The position numbers and the translations under genes were made by a program. Shown in pieces: positions 25,091 to 38,531 of a stretch of 64,000 nucleotides of DNA; position 1 is the first letter of the stretch; each line of letters begins with the position of its first letter. The notes beneath the pieces were generated by a model. The model did not search any database. It worked only from the letters and a program-made list of their open reading frames with translations, and was not told where the DNA came from. Source of the stretch: Felis catus (lineage: Eukaryota); the NCBI RefSeq assembly GCF_018350175.1, contig NC_058368.1, forward strand, positions 75,828,001 to 75,892,000. The letters are read 5' to 3'.

Positions 25091-25899
25091 CAGCGGTGTT
25101 TTAATTTTAATGCTTAATCATTATTGTTCTCTTGTTACGGGATGCATGATCTCAGAAAAGCCCTCTGTACGTCTGCTAGGCATACTTCCCTTTTTCTTTT
25201 TCCCTCTAATAGACTCTGTCTCTCTTTCCCAGACTGTCACCCAGGAAACTCCGTTGGGCTCCTATGGTTGGGGTCCTACTGGGACAGCCTATACAAAAGA
25301 AATGACAGGTTGTTAAAATGTATATTTTCCATCATTAAAAATGAGGCATAGCATTTGTTAGGACACGGGATTTTAGAGGAATAGCATAACATTATATAGT
25401 GTCTGACTGTGATCAGTGGGACCTGAACATCTTCCAGCTTTCAGGCAATCAGAGGAAGGGTCTCCATCCTGCCCAGGCTTCAGCTGTAGCAATTCTGCTG
25501 CTCGGCCCCTACAGCCAACCAGACCAATAATGAGGTCCAAAGAAACTTGTAGGGTATTCATGGAACTTGTAAAAACTTGAAGAACCAGACCTCTTAAAAA
25601 TTGGCTCATATTATTTTTTTTAAAAAAGTAAGAGTGCCATAGTAAAGCAACAGATGTGTCCTACTGAACTATATTGTCTTACTTTTTGCTTTATTCTTGA
25701 GGTGTACACAAAAATCCAGTGTGCATTGGGAACACTATATGGAAAAAAAACAGATACCATCTGGTTGTTAACACGTCTTTTCACCTTTATTATTTGAAAA
25801 AGAAAAAAAAAAAAAAAAGATCTGATACCGTAGCTGCTTAAATTTTCATCCAGAAAGAGCGAGTCATTTCTAGGCTGGTGAAGTAGCTTTTGAGCTTAT

Positions 25900-26040
25900 C
25901 TCAGTCCCCATGAAGAAAGTAAAGCCCAGGGAAACCATGTGACTTGTCCAAGGGCGCATGGCTCGTCAATAGCGACTTGGGAAGACAGAGAACCTGTTTT
26001 TTCTCACTTCCCAATGCAATGCTTTCCAGTATAAAACTGC
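25900..26040 (-). mobile_element. MIR fragment
   Basis: 'atgaagaaagtaaagcccaggg...gtgacttgtccaagggcgcatggct'. Confidence 0.65.
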
Positions 26041-26817
26041 CACCATATTTACAGGCCCTGTGGGTTTTTTGGATTTTTTCCCCTCCTTATCACAAGTCTC
26101 TTGTCTAAGAAGAAAGGCAAGAAAAGCAGCTACAATTTCTTTGGAAACACACTGTTAAACTGAGTCTCATTTTTGCAAGATTGCAGATTTCTTTTGAATC
26201 AAAAATTACAGTTTCTAAAAATGGCTAGGAGTCTAAATTGTGCATATGATTTTTGTATCATGTAATATTTCAAAAAAATTAAAGGGAATGGAATCAAATC
26301 TCCATACCCAAACTCCTTAGCTTTTACAAAAGCAGTTGGTCACATTTATTTATTCAAAAAGTATTTATGAGAAGCTTAATATCTGAGCATATTTACATGT
26401 TTTACAATATTTTATAATGAGTGAAATAGGCATTCAGTTTAGTAAAGCCAAGCGAACATCAGTGAGGGTATTGTCGATTGCCATGAGTGTAAGATATATG
26501 ATATACACATTGAATAGGGTTTTTTTGGATCATTAACCCATGGTTAATTAAAAAACTATGAAAAATAACATTTTAACGATAATGCACAATAAAATAGACA
26601 TCGTTTTTTACTCTTGACATTGCTTTCTGTTGCTAATGAAAAAACCCAATCCATATATTTTTCAGTTTACATAATTTTGCTTAAAGAGGCAATGGAGCTT
26701 AGAACTTAGAGCTTAGAGTGATAGTAAATCACATTTCCAGATATGCAGAGTATCTTTCTAAAATTAATGGTACATAGAATGTTCACATTTTACGTGAAGT
26801 CTGCATACCCAGAATTA

Positions 26818-27023
26818 AGTTTATTTATTTTGAGAGAGGTGGAGTGTGTGCATGCATGTGAGCAGGGAGGGACAGAGAGAGAGGGAGAGAGAGAATCCTA
26901 AGCAAGCTCCGTGCTGTCAGCACACAGACTGATGCAGGGCTCGATCTCACAAACTGTGAGATCGTGACCTGAGCCAAAATCCAAGAGTGGGACGCTTAAC
27001 CAACTGAGCCACCCAGGCACCCC
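26818..27023 (-). mobile_element. Can-SINE
   Basis: Antisense copy; cccagaatta duplicated at both ends. Confidence 0.93.
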
Positions 27024-27277
27024 CAGAATTATTCTAAATTCGTAAGCCAAGACTAATTCTGATAAAGGATGACCAACATAACCATTTAACGGTTGAAATG
27101 ATGTCATAGAGCATCAAGAGTACACCTATTTTGTAGTTCACCTGGTCCACAAGCCACGAAATCACACAAATCTTGACACATTTTTAATTCAAAAGAATTG
27201 CATTTTTATAGACTGCAAGCGGAATGAAAAATCTATTATTTTTTGTCATATCATTTTATGTATTTAAATACACGTAA

Positions 27278-27468
27278 GGGGTGCCTGGGCAGCTCAGTTG
27301 GTTAAGAGATTGACTCTTGATCTCAGCTCAGGTCATGATCTCAAGGTCTGTGGGATCGAGCCCTGCGTGGGGCTCTTGCTTAGGATTCTCTGTCTCTTTC
27401 TGTCTCTCTCTCTGCCCCTTTCTTGTTTACATGCCTGCACTGTCTCTCTGTCTCTCTCTCAGAATAAA

Positions 27469-27498
<30 letters not shown>
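27278..27498 (+). mobile_element. Can-SINE with (TACA)n tail
   Basis: Head at 27278; tail converted to a tetranucleotide repeat at ~27469-27497. Confidence 0.92.
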
Positions 27499-27499
<1 letters not shown>

Positions 27500-27514
27500 G
27501 AACTATGGACTCAC

Positions 27515-27689
27515 CTTAAATCCACACTAGCACTTTCAGCTATGGTCTGTGGGAGAAGCCATGCCCTTGCCAAAACAAAGCCTGGGGCGTAGGTCGCCAA
27601 CTGGGATGCAGCTCCTTGGAAACATGTTGGTCCAGTGGCCTCTTTTCCAGGCGATGGCTTCCTGCTTCTCAGGCTTAAAACTCGACTTG
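27515..27689 (-). other. Candidate 175-nt exon of an unidentified minus-strand transcript
   Basis: Acceptor ctctggtttccacag| and donor AAG|gtgagt; one frame is open across it but the peptide is unrecognised. Confidence 0.2.
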
Positions 27690-28654
27690 CTGTGGAAACC
27701 AGAGATACTGGTTTCATGGTGGACACACCCCACCAAAGCTCCAATGATGCAAATATGTTCGGTTACAATGAGAAATCAGTCTGCCAAGAAGGCAAAGTGT
27801 CCGCATCAGCTGGTCAGTTCAGCTGCTCCACGTTTAAATATCTATTTGAGCCACTAATCTACGGTCTAGCAAAACATCATTTATTATTTGGCAGTCCACA
27901 ATTAATTCACACGTTAAACAGATGTCAAAACGTCTGCCCCATCTAACTCATGATACTTCCGTAAAGGTAAAAGATTAATCATATTGAAATATGTGTAATC
28001 TTTCAAAAAAGTTATTAAACTAAAAATAAAAAGTAAAGGGCCCTACACTGTAAGTAAAAAGAAAAGAAATTTTACAAAGAAAAAGAGACTCTGTCCCTAT
28101 GAAAAAGATGTCTCTTTATTGCCCTCTATTCCATGATATTCAAGTTTTTTTTTTAATCTTGAGTTTTTTTTTTTTCAGCTCAAGATATTAAGATGAAATA
28201 GCATCATTTTCATTATCATATCTCATTACTGACACTAGATTAAACTTTTTCTTTCGGATCTATGATACCTCTGTATTTTAGCGAATCCACACGTAGTATC
28301 TATAATCTGATGGATAGTTCAGAAAAAATATTTTAACCAAAATTAGAGGAGTATTAAAGCAAGAACGGCAAGTGAAACTAACTCAATCTATTGGTTAGAA
28401 TAGCTAGTACCTATTTAAGGTAATATTAAAAGGGGCTAGTGGGAGGAAGCCTATTTTGCTGTGCCAGCGGAGGAAGGCAAGGGGGGGGGGGGAAGAGTCA
28501 GACCCTGGGGTAGGGCTAGCACCGTGATTAACAGCAGATGCATGGAAGTCAAACAGATCTGGATTCAAATCCTGGTCTGACTTAGTAGTACCCAGGTGAC
28601 TTGAAAAACTTATTTCACATTTTTCTTTATATTATGGGTGTTACCCTTCACAGA

Positions 28655-28860
28655 TTTTATTTTTTTAACTTTATTTTTAATCGAAGCATTACATACCTGT
28701 TGCAAAGCAGTAAATGCAGTAATGTGATCAGTACACAGACTGACAAATAGACAGAGTCCAGCACCCCAGGCTTCCTTATGCTCCTTCCTGGTCGTTACTC
28801 CACAACCACGCCCATTCCCATGACCCCTGCCGCCATTACATAGTTTTTTCTGTCCGTAAG
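28655..28860 (-). mobile_element. Ancient L1ME-like 3' end fragment
   Basis: 'aactttatttttaatcgaagcattacatac...ccagcaccccaggcttccttatgctccttcctggtc' is an antisense L1M terminus. Confidence 0.6.
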
Positions 28861-28884
28861 CTCCATTTGAGCGCTCCCTAATGT

Positions 28885-30165
28885 TTCTAGCTCCACTCAT
28901 CAGACTTGATCTTCTCAGTAATATCAGAAATCCTGATGTCGAACACTTTTCCCTCAAAATCCCACCATCAGTTTCCAAAATTGTCTACCTTCCTCTTTCC
29001 TTCTGACCAAGTCTTCTTTTTATGGATTATGGTCTTCTCTCCACACTTAAATGTTGAAAATCACAAAGGCTCTCGTCTCGCCACACTATCCTTGCCCTTA
29101 TCCTGTAGTGTGCTCCAGTACCTTCCTTTCTTCCTTGCCTTCTCTTCATATTCTCTAAAATTGCTCCTTTCCTCCCATCCTCAATGTCAGTGAGGGAACA
29201 ACTGTCAGTTTCTTCTCTCTCCTGTGAAACCTTGGAATCAACCTGGATGACTTTGCTACCCCCAGCACTTCTTCCTGTCGCCAGTTACCGCATGCTTTGG
29301 AGTCAGTTTAGCAGACACATTTCTATCTCTTGCACTCATTCTCTTTTAAAATATTCCCCGCTGGGGCGCCTGGGTGGCTCAGTTGGTTAACTGTCTGACT
29401 CTTGGTTTCGGCTCAGGTCATGATCTCACGGTTTGTGAGTTCAAGCCCCGCATCGGGCTCTGCGCTGGTAGTGCAGAACCTGCTTGGGATTCTCTCTGCC
29501 CTTTCTCTCTGCTCCTTTCCCACTTGTGCTCTCTCTCTCTCTCTCAAATAAGTAAACATTATTATTTTTTTTTTTTTAATTTACTGCTGCTGCCAAAATC
29601 AGCTCAGGCTCTTTGCCTTCCTAGCTTCCTCAGTGATCCATTCCCCATAGGATGTCAAAATGAGCTTAACTAAAATGTATATTGAAACACATAGTTCGTC
29701 TCAAAACCTTCCAATGTGTCTCCATCACCCACCACCACAGAAAAGATTTTAAAAATTCTTTTAAATAAATGTAGATGTATAGACATATAACCTTTCTTCC
29801 AGATCACTTAATTTTGCACATTGAATGGGATGTCCCACATCCTTCCTTCTTTGTGCATTTGTTCATGGTGCCACTGCCTCTTTGTCCTGGAAAATGCCTA
29901 ACCTCTTCTCTGCAAGAGTTCTACCTCCACATATCCTTTGAAACCCAATTCGTCTATTTTATAAAATCTTGTTTGTCCACCTATGTAGAACTAGTCATTC
30001 CCTTCTTAGTGTCTCTATTATATCTCTATGTGTCTGTCCTAATGGTTTATTCCAATTATTTTATGCCCTGATATCCTTAAGAGTGACAAATACAGTGCAT
30101 GTAACTCTACAGGGCTAATACAATTTGGCATATAATACATAGAAATACATTTTATGTGAACAAAA
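28885..30165 (+). mobile_element. L2 LINE fragments (interrupted by a SINE)
   Basis: 'ctcatcagacttgatcttctcag', 'ctcaaaaccttccaatg', and a degenerate L2 tail near 30110-30160. Confidence 0.65.
29363..29562 (+). mobile_element. Can-SINE
   Basis: Full head, body and CT tract. Confidence 0.95.
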
Positions 30166-30509
30166 CCACATCTTCCCCAACTTAGTTAACAATAATTGAA
30201 TTCTTACTTTATGCATACCACCCCATTAGAAGTTGAAGAGATCTATAACTGAGTAATTCTTCCTCCCCAAGAGCTTGCAGTCCATAAGGCGGCTTGGCAA
30301 CACCATTTCTGCTAGGATGTATGCTCCCTTAAGGCAAGTATGGTCTCTGTCACTTTCCAGGACATCTCATTTTCTTGAGTACCTGTCACATGCTTGTCTA
30401 GAGACAGTGAATTTACCCAGGAAGGTTTAGGGGAATGAGAAAATGGCCTGGTGGAAGAAGTGACATTCAAATTGAGCCTTGACAAAATACAGGGTCTTGG
30501 CTTTGGTGA

Positions 30510-30925
30510 CTAGTAACCACTTTCTTCTTTTCTGGCAAGAGCCCTCAAGTTCCTTGGGAAACTACTCTTTTATCCTGGGATGGTTTGGGAGGCTGCCAAG
30601 CAGGACACTCACCCTGCCCTGGACAAGCAGGGTCATTAGGGGTCTCCTTCCCAATATCTGCCCCTTAAATGGAAGGATACAAGGAAGGAAAACATCCTTA
30701 CATGGTTCATCCCCGGGGATGTGCCTAAACGTGATGGCAGCTGAGACCTTGTACAGAGAGGTCTGGGTTAGTCTTTCCCCTGTGCTTTCTGATGTAGAAT
30801 CTGTAGTTGTTTCTTTGATTCTCTGAGCTACCCCTCATCCTTAACACATTAACTTTTTTTGCTTGTATCAGGCAGGTGCAGTTGGTTTCTTTTATTAGTA
30901 GCTAAAGGACACTTGCTGGTGTAAT
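30510..30925 (+). mobile_element. Old ERV-L class LTR (LTR16-like)
   Basis: 3' end 'ctgagctacccctcatcctt...tttttgcttg...gttggtttct...agctaaagga' resembles LTR16. Confidence 0.5.
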
Positions 30926-32369
30926 AATTAATGTACCAAGAGCTTCATTTTGCTTTGTTGTATTTACATAAAGAGTGTATTTCATGGACTACATCACAGC
31001 TGGAAAAACATGAGGGCAGCATGGGGGAAACACACTTGCACACAGTTTCCCAGCAACCAACTTATCCATTACTGAGTTCTAGGTAGTCTTTGCACAGTTT
31101 TGTTGTGGAATGCTGGACAATTCACTGAGCCTTTCCAAAATTTAGTTCCATAAAAGCTAACATTCTTCACTTGTGTTATATTTTATGACTCACTATCTAT
31201 CATTAGCATGAGTCTATGTTCTTTTTTGGGGGAATGGTTGTAATGGCTTTGATAGTGTTCTTGGGATGTGCTAGTGCGAAATACAGTCCCGTTAAGCCAT
31301 GCTTTGCACGTGCCAATTTACTTTGTGCAGAGAAAGTGAGAGTACTGACGAGAAATCCCTTTACTGACGTATGCCTTTCACTGGTAAAAAGAGAAAGAAG
31401 CTACCTATGAAAGTCTTTTTTTTTTTTTCTTTAATGCTTCTCTTCTTTCTGGTATGCTTTTAAATGAAATACAGAAAATCTTCAAAGTAATAAAATCATG
31501 TCAATTAGGTGGATGAATAAAGTATGTGTTAGTCTATAACAGTAGTGTATCTAAGATTTCAGAAGTAAAAAAAAAAAAAAAAACACGCTACACAGGATCA
31601 GGGAAACTAGTTTCCACATAAATACGCTTTGGTCTTCATTTTTCCATCTGGAAAATAAAAACTAATAACCATGTGATTTTAATCAAAAGACTATCTGAGT
31701 CAGGGTAGGAAATCTCCAAGTGTTCCTTTCAGCTGATTCCTGGGAGTGGATAAAATGACTGGGGTCCAAGGCAGGGTTGAGCGGGCAACTTTCCATCTGC
31801 TTCTGCTCTACTCTACGCAAAATAGAAATGATGTTTATGAATATGTTTCTACATTCAAACTGAGTAGGAGGCCATCAAAGATTAGTCTTTGTAGTCAAAT
31901 TGTGTGTTAGCACATTCATTCTCCAGTTCCTTAGAGAAGCCTATGGCCTCAATACCGAAAATCATTAAGTTAGTTTTCCATCATCAAGTACAGAAAACGA
32001 ACCTTTCATAATCACTTGGAAGGTCATCTTATAAAGACCTTAAAGGAGGGGATCCCTTGGACACTATCCTGACAGTCTGAATACATTTTTACATGTAATC
32101 CAAAGCCCTTCCACTTTAGCCAAAGCCCATATCTTCTCATTATAATATCCCGAAGTAAAAACTTACATCATCTGTGAAATAGCATGAGAAAAACATTCAT
32201 TTATTTCATCTTTGGAATTAAATAATTCGGGAGTTAATAACACTGGAATTAAAATAAGTAAGAATAGGTCAGATTCCTTAAATCCTTAAAGTTGGCATTT
32301 TACAGCTATCCTAGTCCATAAAATAAAACTTCATCTTGGCTGACATTAAATATATATGAAAATTATATT

Positions 32370-32570
32370 GGATTTTAAACAGAAGATTTAATTCCTGTCT
32401 TGGTCACTTATTAGTTAAAAAATCTTAAATGACTTAACCTCTCTGAATCTCTCAGCTCTCATTTATAAAATATGGGTAGGAATAATTATACCATGGGTTT
32501 GTTAAATGACTTAAAGAAGATAATATGCATAATACAATGGGTTGCTCTCTAACTAACTATTATTGTTATT
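32370..32570 (+). mobile_element. MIR
   Basis: 'gacttaacctctctgaatctc...ctcatttataaaat' is MIR core. Confidence 0.75.
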
Positions 32571-34773
32571 AAGGACAGAATATGGAAATTGATATTGAAA
32601 GTGAGGAACATCTCTCAACAACTGACCAGAATAATCAATGGTATTTTGAGATTTTCAAGTAATTGATATTAAAATTACAGCAGTTTCATTGAGCATTTTT
32701 ATAAACTATGAATAGATTCAAATGAAATCATTATGAATACACTCATATTATACTGTAAAATGCAATCATATGGCAGGAATTTATGAATGTAAGTGCTTGA
32801 AAATAAAACTATCAGCATACACACTTTAGCTAAGGCATGCTGCACACTGCACAAATAAACAATATTTCTCTAAGGAAAATCTGAGACTCAGAACTTGGCA
32901 GGCATTGTTGAATCATGGCCTTTTGTCAATTATGCACTTATAGAAATCATAATTGTAAATTACACCCTACCCCGTGGAGTTAAAAAATTTTAAAAAGAGA
33001 ATAGCCATCAGCTGAGACAGCAAAGTCACATTTCTATTTTTAATGCTTTGAATTTTAATGAATATTTTCGTGACTATGTAATCTTAGGAAGAGAAACTTG
33101 TCTCTATGGCAGGGTGAGATATGGTGGAGGCTGGCCTCAAATAGCGTGTTATACTATTTTCTCTAAACACTATTGTAATGTTAAGATTAAATTGGAAAAT
33201 AAGGAAACACAGAAAGGTTGTAGAAGTTCCGTGTGAGCCTAACAAATATATCAAATGATTCCTGAACGATGTGGTCACATGAGAAGAAGATATGTATCTG
33301 CATTCTCTTTTGGGAGTGAAAGCATTATGTCTCCATGACTAGATAACCACACCACACAAGAAAGCACCATATTCGATGACTTTGCTGAGGAAACTTTGAA
33401 AATCGTTATGAAAAACAAGTTTGAAGGCTCTTCTGAAATTTTTAAGGGTCATTGTAAAGGAACGTAGGAAGAATTGGAACCAAGCATAAAACAATCCAGG
33501 GTACCAGTCAACAATTTCTCCTTCTTTGGCCACTTTCCCTCCATCGCCCCAGAAATGGTTCTGCTACTTGTAAACTTAGGACTTGACAAGTCAGACAGGG
33601 CAGAATTTTTCATCCTTGACAGTCAGCTCATATTATAATTCCACCTAAACATGTTGATACTGGATTACTGAGAATCTGTAAGGACCAGATTGTAATATCA
33701 TATTCATCAATTAAATCCAATTAGGGTACTTAGTCACAAAATTTAATGGCATAGAATGTATATGAGATAATGAATCTGAAAAAAAGGAAATTATGGAAAG
33801 CTTAAAAACAGGGAAGAATTGTACCACTAACAGTAATATAAAAATATAAAAAAAATTATATAAAAATAAAATATAGGTGAAATAGTTCAAAATGGTATGC
33901 TTACCATTGCCATATAGTAACATATGTCACACTTTTGTAAAAAGCATTAGTACAAAATAGATGAATCATTATCACACGTAGCTTACTATGTAGTGCTATC
34001 ACAAACCTACTGGTACAGAAAAGAATAAAGAATGAAAATTTCCTAGCACAATATGCTTTACAGAAGAGACACTCAGTAAGAGGTAGGTGTCAATCTCTTT
34101 CTTCCCTGAGAATTAGCAGAGCTAGGCAAATTAGAAAAAGTCAATTCATTTTTATAATCCTCACTTTATCAGGACGTTTGATGTTCCTAGGAGATCTCTA
34201 CCTTTCCCTTTCTCTCTCTGTTTCTGTGTGGGGGGGTGGGGGGTGGGTGTGTTTTGGGTGGTTGTAATTACTTGGAAAACCCTGTAAAATTTATATCCCT
34301 ATTAATTGAAGACTTGTTTCTTCAGTTAGCCGAAACAAATACTTACTACATTTGTTGAGTACCAATCATTTATCAGTGCTTGGTTAAGGTTTAAGTACAC
34401 AGATAGAATAAATCCCTTATGGGAGCATAGAGTTTCGTGGTAAAAATCTTGGACACAGATTATTTCAATACAATGGGACAGTTACTTAGGAGGGGTGTGC
34501 CAGGTGTTAACTGTTTATTTCAGGATATTTATCTATCTCTGGCTAAACTAATTCAAACTCCTTTGTGCCACATCGTATCACAATCATTTCTTCCTTCATG
34601 GAGATATCAGAGCTACTTTTCTCAGTAAGATACGTCTGCTTCATACAGGCTTTATATGATATAATACTTAGAACACAAATGATACAGTGTAATTAATAAT
34701 ATCTGAAATGTAATCTACATGTATTTTTAATCCAGTTGTAATGTGGGTTGTTACAAAGTTTGGGTTACTTTTT

Positions 34774-34992
34774 GGGGAGCCTGGGTGGCTCAGTCAGTTA
34801 AGCGTCTGACTTCAGCTCAGGTCATGATCTCATGGTTCATGAGTTCGAGCCCTGCATCTGGCTCTGTGCTGACAGCTCAGAGCCTGGAGCCTGCTTCAGA
34901 TTCTGTGTCTCCCTCTCTCTCTGCTCCTCCCCCACTCACTCTCTGTCTCTCTCCCAAAAAAGAAATCGACATTAAAAAAATTTTTAAAAAAC
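34774..34992 (+). mobile_element. Can-SINE
   Basis: Full length. Confidence 0.96.
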
Positions 34993-36372
34993 CCAAAGTT
35001 TTGGCCCTTTAAACAATGCATTGACTTTATGAATCAATTACTTATTAGCAGAGCAATCTCTATATTTTCATCACTTCATATCTTGATGGTGATGGGGTGT
35101 GTATATGTAGGCATACATCTCTTTTAAGAGATATGCAAAATGTGGAAAGAGTTGCAAATTAAGTGTATTTATAATATTTTTCATTGCTCTTTCCCTCTGC
35201 TATTAAATCTATAATAACACATAGTATATATGCTTTGTGGTTTAATGATGTCAGCAGATGTAAGTATGTATCAAATTGAATTTTTTATAAAACTGATGAG
35301 AGACATATTAAAAATTCAAATATGCCTTCCCTTCAATTATCTGAAGCCCCAAAGGCTGAAAAATTTGACAGGGAAAAATGGCCTTCCCCCTGAAGTATGG
35401 ACAAAGAACGATACATTTGTTCAATGTTTCTAGATTCGGTAGTAATGAAAGACACTTTACAAAGGTTTCCAAGGTCAAGTGTTAAGTAAAACAAAGGTAA
35501 AGCAATAAACTCAGTTGGAGTTTTGTCAAGTCGGTGGCGGATAGCTGCAATTTCACCATTTAGTCCTAAAGGAAAGGCTGTAAGAGCAAGAAACTTACCT
35601 TATTTTCTTGTAAAACCTAACTGTTCAATCAAGGAAGGTCAATTTTCACCCAAAAGAGTATCTGTTTAGTACAATGCAGTTAAATACATTGTACGTGTAT
35701 ACGGGGCTCATCCTGCCACCTGTCTTCATTCTCTTCCCAAAGAGCTAAGTAGCTATCAGGTTAGGTCTAAGACATGTATTATAGTTAGAAAAAAAACACT
35801 GCCATAATCAAATCATAGTGGCTATTTATATTTGCTCCTTTGCTATTGTTTCTGTTTTATCTGTGGATCCATTAAGTCAACACTTTGAAGGCAGAGCAAG
35901 AAATAATGTAATTAGAACACGGGTAGCACACGCACGATCATTTTTAGCTCATTACTAAGGCATCGGAGTGACCTCCAAAGGTTCCTAGAACACTGAGACT
36001 CCCAAATACCACTCCTGTATAGTTTTTTCTAGGTTATCTCTTCCTCCCTCAATGTGAAGAGTTTTCCTTGGCTTTAACTATAGAAGAATTATGTTTTTCA
36101 AAGTTTAGAGATAAACACTTGGATTCTGCTACATTAATGTGTGCAGCCACAGATACGACGACAGTACTCAAAAGCCCTTTCCTTCTCCATGTAAGTAAAC
36201 CATATGCCTTCCATGGGGCTGGGATGACATTGCTTTAAATAATATGTCTAAAACACTTTGGGCAGGGTCTGGTAAATAGTGTGCGTCATCAGTGTCATCA
36301 TGACTTCTTAGTTATCAGAGAACATCTACGTGGCAGGAGACATTTAGGTTTCAAACGATCCTGCTCTAGAAT

Positions 36373-36993
36373 AGAAGCTGGAAAACTATGGCCCATAGAT
36401 GCCCATTTGCTCTTGGAAGCCCTGTGAGCTAAGAATGGTTTCACGTCTAAAAAAAAAAAAAACTTTTAAAAGTTTATTTATTTTGTGAGAATGAGAGACA
36501 GAGAGTGGGGAAGGGGCAGAGAGAGAGACGGAGGGGAAAACCCAAGCAGGCTCCGGGCTGTCAGTGCAGAACCCGATGTGGGTCTCGATCCCATAAATTG
36601 TGAGATCATGACCTGAGCCAAAATCGAGAGTCGAGTCAGATGGTCCTCCAACTGGTGCCCCTTACATTTTTGAATAGTTGAGAAAGCAAAAGAGTAATAC
36701 TGAGAAAACAAACAAGTAAAACCAGCAAAGCAAACTATCGTGACAGGTGAACGCTATATGAAATTTGAATTTCATATAATGTCTATCAATAAATATGTAT
36801 GCACAAATAGACACAGGATAATGAAATACACCACCCATAAGTAAACTTTTACTAAAACACAGCCCACCCTTTGGTTTACTACTGCCCGTGTACTCTTTTA
36901 CGCTACAACAGAGAGCTGAGTAAAGAAAGAACCCTTATGGCCCACAAAGCTAAAATGTTTACATCTGGCCCTTTCAGAAAAGGTTTGCCCCAG
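36373..36993 (+). mobile_element. MER58B-like hAT-Charlie non-autonomous DNA transposon, split by a SINE
   Basis: 'aaactatggccc...gtgagctaagaatggttt' before the SINE, then 'tacatttttgaatagttg...tatatgaaatttgaatttca...tatggcccacaaagctaaaatgtttacatctggccctttcagaaaaggtttgcc'. Confidence 0.85.
36449..36661 (-). mobile_element. Can-SINE inserted in MER58B
   Basis: Antisense body with a degenerate head. Confidence 0.92.
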
Positions 36994-37089
36994 AAAAGTT
37001 ATAAAGCTTGTGAATCACCTGAGGCAGTTCTGTAAGCTTGTTATGAAAAGCGAAGTTTGAAGTAAATGATTCATCTGAGACCTTCTGAG

Positions 37090-37305
37090 CTGGTACTAAA
37101 AAGCAGAGCCATTGGAATGATAAACCAGATGATGTCTCCCCATTACTTACTAAGCTCTGTGATCTTGAAGAAAGTACCCATTTCTATGTCATTCTTCTTC
37201 ATCATCTATCTTAAGTGAGTACAGTGTATTTTGAAAATTCAATGTCATTGCCAACATGAAGTTTTCTTAGCCCAATAACTGGCATGCAGTTGGTGCTTAA
37301 TAAAA
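37090..37305 (+). mobile_element. MIR
   Basis: 'acttactaagctctgtgatcttgaagaaag...ctggcatgcagttggtgcttaataaa'. Confidence 0.7.
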
Positions 37306-38023
37306 GTTGGGGGAAGGGAGAGTACAATAATCCTACACCATAGAAACATGGGATATCACAACCGGAAGGTTTAACCCCTCATTCCCTAGAACCAGGAATT
37401 TTAGGATGGTTAGAAATTTTAGCACTGCCATTTGGACTCCCGAAGAATGTTCTGTGAAAGATACTGATATCATTGGAAAGTCAGCCCACGTTCGGGTGAC
37501 TCCTGTTAGAAGCATCCATGGTTGGAGTTTTTCTCCTAATGTTTGCATATAAAAGCAAAGGCAAAAAAAAATAACATTCATTGTACTATAATTTTTGTAG
37601 GTTTTGTAATGTTAATATTATAAAATACTTTTTACAGTGTCAAAAATTTTACTGTGTAATCCAGAAATCATCAGATTATTTCAAATATTTTGAAGCTACA
37701 ACAAAGACTGTTGTTTGTTATTTATTACTGTTTATGGCAGGCTAGGTTCAAATTCAAGGAAACATAAATGTCAGAAATGCTATTCATGAAATCTAATGAA
37801 TGAAGTACATTCACTCCATCCTCTGAATATACTCTATCTCTATTTTTTCAATATATCAAATAAGTTTATATTATTCACCATATGCCTGTATAATAAACAT
37901 ACTAGAGTAAATAACGTATGAGATTAAATTTATTACATTCATTTTTAGATCAAGGATAAGATTATGGTTTTCACAACAGAATTTGGTTTTAGGACGCAGA
38001 TTTGTAAGAAACTCATTCCTTTT

Positions 38024-38247
38024 GGGGCGCCTGGGTGGCGCAGTCGGTTAAGCGTCCGACTTCAGCCAGGTCACGATCTTGCAGTCCGTGAGTTCGAGCC
38101 CCGCGTCAGGCTCTAGGCTGATGGCTCAGAGCCTGGAGCCTGTTTCCGATTCTGTGTCTCCCTCTCTCTCTGCCCCTCGCCCGTTCATGCTCTGTCTCTC
38201 TCTGTCCCAAAAATAAATAAACGTTGAAAAAAAATTAAAAAAAAAAA
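38024..38247 (+). mobile_element. Young SINEC_Fc-type SINE
   Basis: Diagnostic 'ggtggcgcagtc..cttcagccaggtcacg..gctgatggc'; TSD aaactcattYcttt at 38009-38022 and 38248-38261. Confidence 0.97.
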
Positions 38248-38304
38248 AAACTCATTTCTTTAAATAATGTTTGCTGAGAATTAATCATTTTTGTTTCTAA
38301 AAGT

Positions 38305-38305
38305 G

Positions 38306-38341
<36 letters not shown>

Positions 38342-38531
38342 TTGAGAGAGACAGAGAGAGTGTGAGTGGAGGAGGGGCATAGAGAAAGAGGAAAGAGAGG
38401 GAATCCCAAGTGGGTTCTGTGCTGCTAGCTCAGAGCCCAATGTGGGGCTCAAACCCACAACACCATGAGATCATGACCTGAGCCAAAACCAAAGGTCTGA
38501 TGCTTAACCAATTGAGCCACACAGTTCCCTG
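38305..38531 (-). mobile_element. Can-SINE with (TAA)n tail
   Basis: (TTA)n at ~38307-38341; ctaaaagt duplicated at 38297-38304 and 38533-38540. Confidence 0.93.
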
